Origin: Eledone cirrhosa
Lineage: Eukaryota
Length of the DNA stretch: 64,000 nt
Assembly: GCA_964016885.1 (NCBI GenBank)
Contig: OZ024743.1
Span: forward strand, 245,520,001-245,584,000
Direction of reading: 5' to 3'
Positions 13,524 to 26,160 of this stretch are shown piece by piece; position 1 is the stretch's first letter, and every line of letters starts with the position of its first letter. A model generated the notes under the pieces. That model saw only the letters and a program-made list of their open reading frames with translations. It searched no databases and had not been told where the DNA came from. A program made the position numbers and the translations under genes.

Positions 13524-14174
13524 TAAAGAATTTTACGCAGCCTTTTATTCATTTGAACTTAAATATTTCACTGTTATTACCACGTTGCCAACCTTTCGCA
13601 TCTTACAAAAATACACAAAAAAAAAGACAGAGAAATAATAATGTGTTTATACGGTATTGACAAAGTATACAAAAAAACAGCCAAAAACTTTTCCAATCTG
13701 GCGTTGCTTTTCTCCTCCGTTTTGCAATTTTCCCGCCAGGACAGGGACATTTTGAATTGCTTGTGTGTGTTCCATATTTGATCAAGAGAAAAACTGTTTT
13801 TGTGAACATTACTGCCCCGCTGGGGATACACATGTCTTACTTTTTTTCTAAGGGATTTTTAGCCACAGGCTACCTATTGTTGATATCCAACGTGGATATA
13901 TTCTCAAACAAACATTTTTTTTCTCTTTTTCTCGGGTTATATGATTTGGCTTGCCCGTTGAAGCAACACAAGGGGACAGACGTTGAAGAAAAAAAAAATA
14001 TATATATATATATATGTATTTTATGTATTTTTGCTATTTCCTAATGTTTTGAATGTCTGTTTCTTTTTGACCTTTGATTTTTTTTTCCATTTTGGGTGTT
14101 TACTTTTCCCTGTACGAGGGAACATTAATTGCTGTTTATATATTTATTTTATTTTTTATTTTAAACGTTTCACA

Positions 14175-14954
14175 ATGAATACGCCACATTTGCCCGCCTT
14201 TACCGGAAACCCTAAGCTGTGGTTCGCCCAGCTACAGGCGTATTTTACGGTCTGTAAGACCGAGTCTGACCAGCGCCTCGCTGTCTTGATTAGCGGACTT
14301 CCCCCTAATTTAGCAGATTCGGTCCAATACCTAATTACAGACCCCCCCCCCTCTGACTTAACGTATGACTCTTTAAAAGGCGAGATCTTGAGAAGGAACT
14401 GTAAATCGGTAGAGAGTCGTTTTCGGTCATTGATCGAGGACGAACGACTAGGTGACAGAACCCCTACCGCTTTTCTCCGGCATTTGCGGGAATTGAGTGA
14501 TTCCCAGGATCAGGATAGCCCTTTCCTGAAGCAATTGTTCTTCTCTCGCCTACCTCAAGAGGTACAGGCGATCCTAGCCCATATGCTAGAGTTAAACACA
14601 CTCGACCACATTGCTGTCTCTGCTGACAAAATAGTAGAAGTGACGAAGAGAGACACTTCGAAGCAAAAGTACGTTGCTTCCTCTTCTCTTCCTCAATCAC
14701 GCTCATCAGCGAGTGATGAGAAGTTAGTCAAAACAATGGAAGCCATGACTCGTCAAATGGCGAAGTTGTGCCAGGAATTCAGGTCTTTTGGACGGCAGAG
14801 GAGCCGCTCACGATCTTATTCAACTCCTCGCCACCGTAGCCTTTCCAAAACACCAAAGCCAACATATTGTTATTACCATGACAAATATGGTGACAAAGCC
14901 GCCCGTTGTAGGCCTCCTTGTGCTTACAAGGGAAACGACGACCAGAGTCACTAA
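14175..14954 (+). CDS. gag: Gypsy Gag with CHCC zinc knuckle
   Basis: MNTPHLPAF..P.LWFAQ, LGDRTP..FLR.LR and CYYHDKYGDKAARCRPPC. Confidence 0.9.
   Translation: MNTPHLPAFTGNPKLWFAQLQAYFTVCKTESDQRLAVLISGLPPNLADSVQYLITDPPPSDLTYDSLKGEILRRNCKSVESRFRSLIEDERLGDRTPTAFLRHLRELSDSQDQDSPFLKQLFFSRLPQEVQAILAHMLELNTLDHIAVSADKIVEVTKRDTSKQKYVASSSLPQSRSSASDEKLVKTMEAMTRQMAKLCQEFRSFGRQRSRSRSYSTPRHRSLSKTPKPTYCYYHDKYGDKAARCRPPCAYKGNDDQSH
14930..14936 (+). promoter_or_regulatory. -1 ribosomal frameshift slippery site G GGA AAC
   Basis: X XXY YYZ heptamer in the Gag frame. Pol lies in the -1 frame, overlapping the Gag end. Confidence 0.8.
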
Positions 14955-17900
14955 CGGCGGATAGTGCGCTCTGCGAAACATCATCCAACCGCCACTTTTT
15001 CATTGAGGACCTGCTATCAGGTAGAGCCTTTCTGGTTGACACAGGTGCAGTTTGTTCAATATGGCCTGTGTGTTGTATGAAGGAGACTCCCCCTGAGTCA
15101 CCTATTGAGTTGCAGGCAGTAAATTGTTCACCTATTCGAACCTTCGGACAAATCTCGCTGCCTTTGCAGTTCCGTAATCTGCGGCGTGAGTTTAAATGGA
15201 TATTTACTGTCGTTGCCTTGCCGTATCCGATTCTAGGCGCGGATTTTCTCCACCATTTTTCATTGACGGTGGACCTCCGTTGTAAGCGCCTAATTGATGG
15301 CATCACTGGTTTAACTGTTGTTGGCAAGGTAGCAGGAGTTCCAACGGTTAGCCCGACCTTTTTTCTTGCTAACACCGGCGATACTTACCATGTGTTGTTG
15401 AACTCGTTCCCGCAACTGACTCAGGGAAATTTTCGAGTTGATGAGCCAACTCATACCACGGAGCACTTCATAACTACAACTGGTGCTCCCGTTTTTTCTC
15501 GTCCTCGTCGCTTGCCTCCGGACAAACTCAAAGCAGCACGATCAGAGTTTGATCATATGCTGCAGTTGGGGATTATTCGTCCGTCCACGAGCCCGTAGGC
15601 GTCCCCATTACACATGGTACCGAAAGCGACTGGCGATTGGAGACCTACTGGAGATTATCGACGCTTAAATTCAATAACGGAACCGGACCGTTATCCTATC
15701 CCTCATCTGCAAGACTTTGCGTCTTCGTAGCAGGGATGCAAGATATTCTCCAAACTGGATTTAATTCGTGCGTACCTTCAAATTCCTGTCCATAAAAATG
15801 ACATTCCCAAAACGGCTATAGTTACGCCATTTGGGTCATTTGAGTTTTTGACCATGCCGTCTGGATTAAGGAATGCCGCTAGTACGTTTCAGCGGTTTAT
15901 GGATGAGGTTACTCGTGGCCTCGATTTCGTCTATACCTATATTGACGACCTGCTCATTGCTAGTTCTTCTCAAGAACAACATACGCACCATTTGAATCTT
16001 CTTTTCCGCCGATTGAAGGCGTATAACGTGCAGATTAATGCACCCAAATGTGTTTTTGATGCTGAGTCACTGACTTTCTTGGGTCACGTCATCGATGCTG
16101 ACGGTATTCGACTCCGGCCTGAGCGAGTTAAGGTCATAGAGGATTTGCCTCCACCGACCTCACTGCGTCAGTTACGCCAGTTCTTAGGCCTGATTAACTT
16201 TTATAGGCGTTTCGTGCCAAATTGTGCAAGATTGCTTTTCTCCCTGACGGAAATTTTAAAAAATTGTCGGAGGAAGAACAAAGACATTTCTTTGACCGAG
16301 ACTCAACTTGCTGATTTTCAGCACGCCAAAACTGCCTTGACTAATGCTTCTTTACTGGCTCACCCGGTACCCGGTGCAAAGCTAACGCTTTGTGTTGATG
16401 CATCGGATATCGCTGTGGGCGCAGTGCTACAGCAAAACATCAATGGTTACCAGCAACCGCTGGAGTTTTTTTCCAGAAAGATGAAACCTGCTGAGACGCG
16501 CTACAGCACCTTTGGAAGGGAGCTTTTGGCCATCTATTTAGCCGTGAAACATTTTTCACATATGCTAGAGAGTAGACTATTTACTATCCTCACTGACCAT
16601 AAACCATTGACTTTTGCGTTGAGAGCGAAGGCTGATAAATACTCGCCCAGAGAGACGAGGCACCTTGATTTCATCTCGCAATATACGAATGATATCCAAC
16701 ACATTCCGGGTTCACTGAATACAGCGGCCGATGCTTTGTCCCGCTTACCCGTGACAGCGATCTCGTCACCCTCTGACATAGATCTGACTCGTTTGGCTGC
16801 GGATCAGCCTCCCCTTGAGTCATTGGATGTTACATCGCCTGAGTTTGCGAATTGCGAGATGAAATACTTGCCTCTGTCGACTGCAGTTGGCCAAATTCTC
16901 TGCGACGTCTCTTTGGACGTGCCTAGGCCCTTCGTTCCAGAGAATCATCGTCGGACCGTGTTTCTGGCATTACATAGTTTCTCGCATCCAGGATCTTCTG
17001 CCACAGTTAAACTCATATCAGCTAGATTTTTCTGGCCAGATATGAGGCGTGAAATTGCTGCTTGGTGCCGTTCCTGCGTCGCTTGCTAGAAATCAAAGGT
17101 CCATCGACACGTCAAGGCTCCCCTGGGTACCTTTACTAACCCAGATGCGCGTTTTTCGCACATTCACATTGATATAGTGGGACCTTTGCCTGTCAGCGAC
17201 GGTTACTCTTATCTGCTGACTATGGTTGACCGTTTTTCGAGATGGCCTGAAGCCATCCCCTTGAAAAACATCACCGCTGAGACAACAGCGCGTGCTCTTG
17301 TGTCTGGATGGATCTCTCGTTATGGAGTTCCATCCACAGTAACTACCGACCGTGGACGACAGTTCGAGTCGAGCCTTTTCCTCGAACTGTCAAAATTAAT
17401 TGGTGCTAAACGCATCAGAACTACGGCGTACCATCCAGCTTCGAATGGTATGGTGGAGCGTTTTCACCGACAACTGAAGGCCTCCTTAATGGCCTCAATG
17501 AACTCGGCGCGTTGGAGCGAGTACCTCCCTATTGTGCTATTGGGGATTCGGTCAACGGTGAAGGTCGACTTTGGATTTTCACCGGCCGAAGTACTGTACG
17601 GTGCCCCTCTGACGTTGCCCGGGCAAATGCTTGCCCCTATCGATCTTGATGCCCAAGATCACGCTTCCTACGTGTCCCGTTTGCGCTCCTATTTCCAGGA
17701 TTTGCCGCCAATGGACACTAGGAAACAAACTGTCAAGACTGCTGTCCCGAGGGATGTTGCCTCGTGGACGCATGTCTTTGTAAGGAAAGATTCTGTGAAG
17801 CCCCGCTCACACAGTCTTACACTGGACCTTACCGTGTCTTAGCGCGCTCGGCTAAGCATTTCACTTTAGATATTAAAGGGTCCAGGGAGACAGTTACAAT

Positions 17901-18111
17901 AGACAGGCTTAAGCAGGCACACCTGGACACGGACGCTGTGGTTCCTGATCCACGAACCCCTTCGTATTTGCCTGTTGAGCGAACGCCTGTTCCTGAACCA
18001 CCATCATCGCCTGTCCCTACACCACCACCATCGCCACGTTACAAGACCACGACCCGTTCAGGTCGTAGGGTCCACGGGCCCAAAAAAGTTTGCAGCACCC
18101 TCTATATTTAG
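14930..18111 (+). pseudogene. pol: Gypsy Pol (PR, RT, RNase H, IN) with nonsense codons and a late frameshift
   Basis: Motifs FLVDTGA, YIDD, VDAS..RELLA..TDHKPL and HHCC plus D..D..E. TAG codons at 15596, 15728 and 17087; frame change near 17800. Confidence 0.93.
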
Positions 18112-18330
18112 ACTGTGTTAGCTGCACCTTTTTTTTGCATCTGTGTTTCTGCTTTTTCTTTGCCTTTTTTTTATGCATGCATGTTGTTTTTTAACATTTT
18201 TCAAATCCTTATTCTGGATTTAATGATTGGTAGAGCGAATAGCTCCCCCTTGTTGCATTGTTCGCCATCTTACTCCACGTGTGAGTAATAACATCGATTT
18301 TCGATGATTTGAAAATCTGGCAGGGGATAC

Positions 18331-18790
18331 TGTAGTAAGACGCCTTACGCCCCCTGTCAGATAATTGACCAGGCCTAGTTGTCTCCACCTGGTTGAGAAC
18401 ACATTTGAAGTAAGCAGCAGACAGCCACGGGAAAGCAGACAGCAAACAGCAGACGGCCTCTGTACCACGAAACAATAGACAGCCACGGGAACAGCAAATA
18501 GCACACAGCCTTTGTAATTGTAATACGTTGCCTTCACTACAACTGACCACGTCTATATTTGGTATGTTTCATTTGTAATATAATAAACACATGATAGACA
18601 AAATAAACATCACCATTATTTACATTGTTGAATATAACTCTCGTTGTGGTTATTGTCTTGTCTACGCACACACCCACTTACTTGTTATAATTCTATGGAG
18701 TACCTATCCTATCACTTATAAAAATGGTAAATAGACGAGGGACTTTCCCTCACGTCTATATTGATAGACAATCCAACTAGGATACCTCAT
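18331..18790 (+). repeat. 3' LTR lacking the last ~8 bp
   Basis: Matches 13041-13501. The terminal ttaccaca and the TSD are absent. Confidence 0.9.
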
Positions 18791-19402
18791 GTACTAGTTT
18801 CAAGCTTATTAGCTATCGTCAGCAACGTATACCTTCCTGCCAGATTGTTGAATGTATATACTTACCATATGCATATTAAAAGCTGAGAAGCCCAATTTGC
18901 ATATCGAGTGGGTTAATCGGCCGGGTGCACCGAAAACGATAAACGGAAAAAATAAAACGAAATTTCATTTTCCACTCTTAGTACGGCTGTTACTTAAATA
19001 TAAGTATGTACACGTACATACATATATGTATACAGACGTACAGTAGTATGTATATATATATATATACATACATGCACACATATATATATGTACGTATGGA
19101 TTCACCGAACATTTATTATTATGATCGGTGTGTTTGTAAACAAACATCCCGTATTAAGCCGTAGTGTCCAGCAACCATCGTTGCTCGTTTGTTGAACACT
19201 GACAAAGGAACGCTGTACTAGTTTCAAGCTTATTAGCTATCGTCAGCAACGTATACCTTCCTGTCAGATTGTTGAACGTATATACTTACCTTATGCATAT
19301 TAACAGCTGAGAAGCCCAATTTGCATATCGAGTGGGTTAATCGGCCGGGTGCACCGAAAACGATAAACGGAAAAAATGAAACGAAATTTCATTTCCCACT
19401 CT
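18790..19402 (-). repeat. ~420-bp hammerhead tandem repeat, right block (HHRs at 18790-18828 partial and 19210-19252)
   Basis: Same unit as 12451-13040. Confidence 0.9.
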
Positions 19403-20039
19403 TGTAAATAATGTGCTCAAAGGAGAAGAAATCCTGAGCTCTTTAAAATACAATCTCTGGTGTGTAACCTTTTCAACATATTGTATTTTAAAGAGCTCAG
19501 GATTTCTTCTCCTTTGAGCACATTATTTACAGGGAATAGCGAGGGCCTATGGCTCCGTTAATTTATCGTGATATTTCGCTCCTTATAACAGTCTTTCCTC
19601 TCTCTCCCTTTGGTTGAGCACACTTCCCTGAGTGGCTTTGGGCTGCCCTTTATAGCAGTTCGTCCCTCAGAGGCCACTGGTTCACTGCCCTTAAACACGC
19701 TGTGACTTCTCTCTCCCACGTGCAGCTGAACAGTCACTTTTAAAATTCTCTTAGTGATATCTGAAATGTATAACCTTACACACGCTGATGAACCGAGGTT
19801 AATCCATTTCTTTCAACAAATGACTGGTGAAACATATCTTTGGATTAGTGTCTTTGGATTTGTACGTGTGTTATATAGTTATAAAGGTATTTATTTACGC
19901 TTTAATTTATATTTTTAATTATCGTGTCTATAGTCTGCCTTTCATAGAGTATAGATTCCATACACTGGTAGTTTCTTTCCCTGTTTTATTGAGAGCGCAC
20001 TGTATATCTCTCTCTGGTGTGTTACCTTTTCAACATATT
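19403..20039 (+). mobile_element. Retrozyme-like ~556-bp unit with terminal redundancy and a 5' inverted segment
   Basis: tctctggtgtgt.accttttcaacatatt occurs at ~19454 and ~20011. 19403-19454 is the reverse complement of ~19480-19531. The unit ends in (TA)n. Confidence 0.8.
19778..19871 (+). ncRNA. Type I hammerhead
   Basis: acacacg-CTGATGA-acc...ggt-GAAAC...GTA-cgtgtgt. Confidence 0.8.
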
Positions 20040-20049
20040 ATATATATAT

Positions 20050-20173
<124 letters not shown>

Positions 20174-20214
20174 GTATATATATATGTGTGTGTAAGCGTT
20201 GCATGTAAGCACGC

Positions 20215-20251
<37 letters not shown>

Positions 20252-21341
20252 GTAATAATTATAAATTTGAAGACGAAAATCCAAAGAGGGCTCGATAAGG
20301 ATAAATATATATCAAATATATAAGAACCGTAGAGCAAATATTTATTAAAATAACAGATTAAAGTTTAAGCAAATAATTGGTGCTTTCTGAAACTAACAAA
20401 GTCAATCTGTAAGCGCAGAAGTGGATATTTCAAAAAACGTTGTAACCGGGGGAAGACAGGAAGACGATAATTTGTTTCGTGGAAACGTTCCCTGGCAAAG
20501 AACGGGAAAAAAACGAATATAATACGTCATTAATAGGAGCGGTGAAAAATAATTACACGCAAAGACAGAACCACGTTTATGGTATAAAAGAAGTCGTAGA
20601 CTAATGTTCTCTTAGGTGGTTCATAGAGACGTTCTCTGGCAATGAACGGAAAAACCGAAGATAATACGTCATATGTGGAGCGTAGAGAACAATTGCACGC
20701 AAAAACAAAACCACGTAAATGGCATAGCTGAAGTAGTAGACTAAAATTCTAACTACGAAACCGAAAGAATCTCCGCTTCAGAGTTAAGAATAAAGTAAAT
20801 AAAATACAATACAGAGGTAATAGAAATTAAATAAATACATACACGCATGCAAATACGTACATACACAAGCATACGCGAAAACACTTGCCATAGGTATACA
20901 AAACCACACATATATAAATATGTGTGTGTGTGCGTGTGCATGTATACAAATAAATAAATAAATAAATAAATAAACGTATATAAATAAATAAATACGTATA
21001 TAACAAGCGCACACACATACCTGCATGTAAATACACAAATGTTCGGAAACGTCAGTCAACCAAAACATGAAGTACACATATACACACACCCTTCATACGT
21101 ACAAACCTGCATACTCACACAGACGCAAAACTCCCGTATACACATAACCGAACCATATGTACTAGAATATATAAAAATATACGCCATAACATATACAATC
21201 AAATATACGTACGAGAAAGTATACGTACCTTCACAAAACATACAGGTAATATATACTTACCTATGCAAATAAGTAATGGTATAAACATACCATATACTTA
21301 GCTACCACATCAAGACGTAAAATATCCACGTATAGATCGTA

Positions 21342-23451
21342 CTATCCGTTAGGGTATAATGTGGGGCTGTAATACAGGAAAGTTTTGTGCAATTTATGTT
21401 TACAAGCCGAAAATGCCTCAGATTTTTTGTTTAAGATGTGGTCTCTGGCGTAGAGTATTTCCAGGGCCTCAGCGGCGCAGAGGTCACATGGTCTTTTATT
21501 TCCGTTATACGATCTAGCCCTAGCTAGGATCTCCCAGTGTAACTTATATTGGGTGTGGTTGTCTTTTAGACTCCAGATATAAGCTGAAAGTGACGTCATA
21601 TTCCTTCTTAGAGGGTAACGAAAAGAATGGGTATGCATGTAAAGACGCTGCTTGAATCTATTGGCGGTTAACCCTATGTAGGCCCTACGGGACATGGGTG
21701 TTTCAACCTTACATTTGTAGACAATGTTACTAGAGAGGCATTTCCCGGATAGGGGGCAATCAACCCGATTCCTACAATTACAGTTAGTACTAACTACAGG
21801 GTTGCACGTGTTCCTACGGCTAGGTAGTTTAGCTAAATTTGAAGCTGTGATGTGCAAGGTTAGGAGTCGTAGAGTAAGAAATTTTAATTGTATTTCTACT
21901 AAAAAGTTTACTATATTTATGTGTAGGGGGAAAATGCTTCGTAATAAGGGAAAGAAAGATCTTAGCTAATGGTGTGGCCACCTCCATATTAAATGGTGGG
22001 TTATACCAACAAATGCGACGGGATCTATTTCTTCTAGGTCTATTTTTGTACTCTATATATGCTACCTTATCGACAAATCGACTCCGAGCAAGAGCTTCAT
22101 TGTAATAAGTGGAATGGTCGTTAGTAGATAGACGGGAAAGCCTCAACGAAACATTTCTTACCAGGTTCTTGGTTATGCTGGCAGGATGGTTGGAATGCTT
22201 CCTTATGTAATTAAGCGTATCATTCGGCTTTCTATACGGGTAATACAACCCATTCGATAAATTGAGGGTAACGTCGAGGTAATTAACGACCGAGAGATTG
22301 GCCTTAACCTGTATAGAGAGGTTGAAGCCTTTAAAGAAGGCTGTGAGTTCTTTTCTGAACCTGTTGCAAATACGAGGTCCGCACTTAATCATGGTCAAAA
22401 GACCATCATCACGGTACAAATCACCGCCCGCGTTGGGGAATTCGTCCTTGATAGAGAAAAGAAGGAAAAGGCCGATAAGATCAGTAACCTCCGCATAATC
22501 GCTGGCGCCCATACTCACGTCGAATGGGGTACTATTGGATTTTTTAATCCAAATAGAGTCGTCGAAATTAATCACCGACTTACGGGCATTGAGGATGACA
22601 TCAACTTCGAAATCCTTAACCACTGTGAGTGTTTCAGCGAAATTGATAGCTCTAAGGAGAAGTGGTAAAGTGATGGAGGAGTAGTAATTGTTGATGTCGA
22701 ATTGGATAAAACGGCAATGTTCCTTGTTGCATATGCCGTTGAACCAATCAATCACCGCGAAAGAATTGTTCCACAGTGCAAGAGGGGCCAAACTTCTAAT
22801 TTCAGGTATAATTCTATCAAGAATCGTTTTACTAAGTCTACCTAAATCGGACTTCGTAGGGTTAATAAGCTGAATAGAGGGGTTGTTCGGAAAATTGGAT
22901 TTGTGATCCTTCAAGGTAAAGTGAGGAGAAATGGGGTCCAGAGGTCCGGTCCGGTCCAGGATGTTGAGATCAGAGGTGATTTTAAACCCAGCATCGTTGA
23001 TTTCATTGATGACGCATCGGTTAGTTTTACGGTATTCCTTAGTTACAGCATTATGTAGTAGTTGATGATAAGTACTGCGCTCCACTTGATATAGGTTGCC
23101 AGTTTTGTCGGAATGGACATGCACGGCATTAGAATCCTTAATAGAACGAATTCTATTCTTCAGGTCGTGCTGGAAGGAATTGCTCCTATTCCGAAATTTG
23201 ATACTCCGCATGAGTTCCAAGACATCATTTTCGAAAGGTAGCAATGCTGGGTTCCACGGGGGGTTATTATAGGTTTTAAACCCATATTTATCCTGTTTGT
23301 TGTCTGCTTTTTGCGGATTATCGACATAAAAGGCACGCCAACGCAACCTTTTAATGAACGTGTCTGTTTTCTGTATCAGGAGTTTTAGGTATGTTTTCCT
23401 GCTTGGTACGGGTATGTTCTTTGTAGAAATATTCAGATGTTGTTTCTGCAG
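21342..23451 (-). pseudogene. PLE RT and GIY-YIG ORF with one frameshift
   Basis: Motifs STKNIP, RWRAF, SDKT.NLY, TLKDHK.NF, FDI..YY.SI, MGA, LYRDDGL, CNCRNRVDCPLSGKCL, YIGLT and CDLC..E. A 5-bp deletion near 21850 is seen relative to the second copy. Confidence 0.92.
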
Positions 23452-23605
23452 GATGAATATAAGTCAATAGAGTGCTCAACCGAGAGAGCCAAATAGTAAT
23501 AATAATAAATTTGAAGACGAAAATCCAAAGAGGGCTCGACAAGGATAAATATATATCAAATATATAAGAACCGTAGAGCAAATATTTATTAAAATAACAG
23601 ATTAA

Positions 23606-23656
23606 AGTTTAAGCAAAGAATCGCTGCTTTCACCCTTAACGGGATCTTCTGAAACT
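23606..23656 (-). ncRNA. Hammerhead-like motif in the Naiad pseudo-LTR (core CAGAAGA, U4A)
   Basis: agttt-CAGAAGA-tccc/gggt-GAAA-gcag..ttgc-TT-aaact. The paralog at ~20363-20394 has lost stem II. Confidence 0.6.
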
Positions 23657-24570
23657 AACAAAGCCAATCTGTAAACGCAGAAGTGGATATTTCAAAAAAG
23701 GAAGACGATACTTTGGTTCGTGGAAACGTACCCTGGCAAAGAACGGGAAAAACGAATATAATACGTCATTAATAGGAGCGGTGAAAAATAATTACACGCA
23801 AAGACAGAACCACGTTTATGGTGTAAAAGAAGTCGTAGACTAATGTTCTCTTAGGTGGTTCATAGAGACGTTCTCTGGCAATGAACGGAAAAACCGAAGA
23901 TAATACGTCATATGTGGAGCGTGGAGAACAATAGCACGCAAAGACAAAACCACGTAAATGGTATAGCTGAAGTCGTAAACTAAAATTCTAACTACGAAAC
24001 CGAAAGAATCTCCGCCTCACAGTTAAGAATAAAGTAAATAAAATACAATACAGAGGTAATAGAAATTAAATAAATACATATACGCATGCAAATACGTACA
24101 TACACAAGCATACGCGAAAACACTTGCCATAGGTATACAAAACCACGCACATATAAATATGTGTGTGTGTGCGTGTATACAAATAAATAAATAAATAAAT
24201 AAACGTATATAAATAAATAAATACGTATATAACAAGCGCACACACATACCTGCATGTAAATACACAAATGTTCGGAAACGTCAGTCAACCAAAACATGAA
24301 GTACACATATACACACACCCTACATACGTACAAATCTGCATACTCACACAGACGCAAAACTCCCGTATACACATAACCGAACCATATGTACCAGAATATA
24401 TAAAAATATACGCCATAACATATACAATCAAATATACGTACGAGAAAGTATACGTACCTTCACAAAACATACAGGTAATATATACTTACCTATGCAAATA
24501 AGTAATGGTATAAACATAACATATACTTAGCTACCACATCAAGACGTAAAATATCCACGTATAGATCGTA

Positions 24571-25550
24571 CTATCCGTTAGGGTATAATGTGGGGCTGTA
24601 ATACAGGAAAGTTTTGTGCAATTTATGTTTACAAGCCGAAAATGCCTCAGATTTTTTGTTTAAGATGTGGTCTCTGGCGTAGAGTATTTCCAGGGCTTCA
24701 GCGGCGCAGAGGTCACATGATCTTTTATTTCCGTTATACGATCTAGCCCTAACTAGGATCTCCCAGTGTAACTTATATTGGGTGTGGTTGTCTTTTAGAC
24801 TCCAGATATAAGCTGAAAGTGACGTCATATTCCTTCTTAGAGGGTAACGAAAAGAATGGGTATGCATGTAAAGACGCTGCTTGAATCTATTGGCGGTTAA
24901 CCCTATGTAGGCCCTACGGGACGTGGGTGTATCAACCTTACATTTGTAGACAATGTTACTAGAGAGGCATTTCCCGGATAGGGGGCAATCAACCCGATTC
25001 CTACAATTACAGTTAGTACTAACTACAGGGTTGCACGTGTTCCTACGGCTAGATAGTTTAGCTAAATTTGAAGCTGTGATGTTATGTGCAAGGTTAGGAG
25101 TCGTAGAGTAAGAAATTTTAATAGTATTTATATTAAAAAGTTTACTATATTTATGTGTAGGGGGAAAATGCTTCGTAATAAGGGAAAGAAAGATCTTAGC
25201 TAATGGTGTGGCCACCTCCATATTATATGGTGGGTTATACCAACAAATGCGACGGGATCTATTTCTTCTAGGTCTATTTTCGTACTCTGTATATGCTACC
25301 TTATCGACAAATCGACTCCGAGCAAGAGCTTCATTGTAATAAGTGGAATGGTCGTTAGTAGATAGACGGGAAAGCCTCAACGAAACATTTCTTACCAGGT
25401 TCTTGGTTATGCTGGCAGGATGGTTGGAATGCTTACTTATGTAATTAAGCGTATCATTCGGCTTTCTATACGGGTAATACAACCCATTCGATAAATTGAG
25501 GGTAACGTCGAGGTAATTAACGACCGAGAGATTGGCCTCAACCTGTATAG
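24571..25550 (-). pseudogene. 5'-truncated second copy of the PLE ORF (thumb and GIY-YIG)
   Basis: 303-aa ORF nearly identical to the C-terminal part of 21342-23451. Confidence 0.92.
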
Positions 25551-25590
25551 GGTGAAAGCAGCGATTCTTTGCTTAAACTTTAATCTGTTA

Positions 25591-25639
<49 letters not shown>

Positions 25640-26160
25640 GTGTAAGCGTGCTTAGCACAGTGTTTCAGCACGATTCTTTGAGTGGTTTTGGGCAGCCATT
25701 TCTAGCAGCTGGTCCGAGAAATACCACTGTCCTATGCACTCTTTCACATCTCTCTACCACGTGTTGCAAGACGATTATATTATATTTTCGTAGAGTTGTC
25801 TGGCATGTATTTACCTAACACACACTGATGACCCACAGGTGTTTACATTTCAGTCAATAATTTTTTGGCGAAACAAATCTCTTTGGATGTGTACGTGTGT
25901 AATATATAGTTATAGAGGTAGGAAACTCATTTCGATTTATATTTTTAATTATTGTGTGTCTACCTTACCTTCTCCGTAGTTCATAGATTCCATACACTGG
26001 TGGTTTCCCTGTTTATCGATGGCACACACACACTCTCTCTCTCTAGTGTGTTATCCTTTCTACATATTATATTTTGAAGACCTCAGGGTCCCTTTTCCTT
26101 TGAGCACATAAATTACAGGGACTAACGCGAGCCTATGGCTCCGTTAATTTATCTTGATAT
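25640..26160 (+). mobile_element. Diverged, circularly permuted relative of the 19403-20039 unit (HHR at 25818-25900)
   Basis: Shared blocks agtgg.tttgggc.gcc, CTGATGA..GAAAC..GTAcgtgtgt, catacactgg and gcctatggctccgttaatttatc occur in rotated order. Confidence 0.8.

Larger units (their letters stand above)
13041..18790 (+). mobile_element. Ty3/Gypsy LTR retrotransposon, CsRn1-like clade, near full length
   Basis: Two ~460-bp LTRs (about 6 differences seen), tRNA-Trp PBS, PPT-like aggggatac at ~18322-18330, CHCC Gag, and PR-RT-RH-IN domain order. Confidence 0.95.
20249..25597 (-). mobile_element. Naiad-type PLE as a partial tandem: near-complete copy, 5'-truncated copy and short inversion, flanked by (TA)n
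   Basis: 20249-~22310 is repeated at 23493-25550. 25550-25597 is the reverse complement of ~23587-23634. Confidence 0.92.

Noticed and set aside
13983-14174. N-terminal extension of Gag in the ORF track
   Set aside because: This is low-complexity T-rich leader. The Gag-like sequence begins at ATG 14175.
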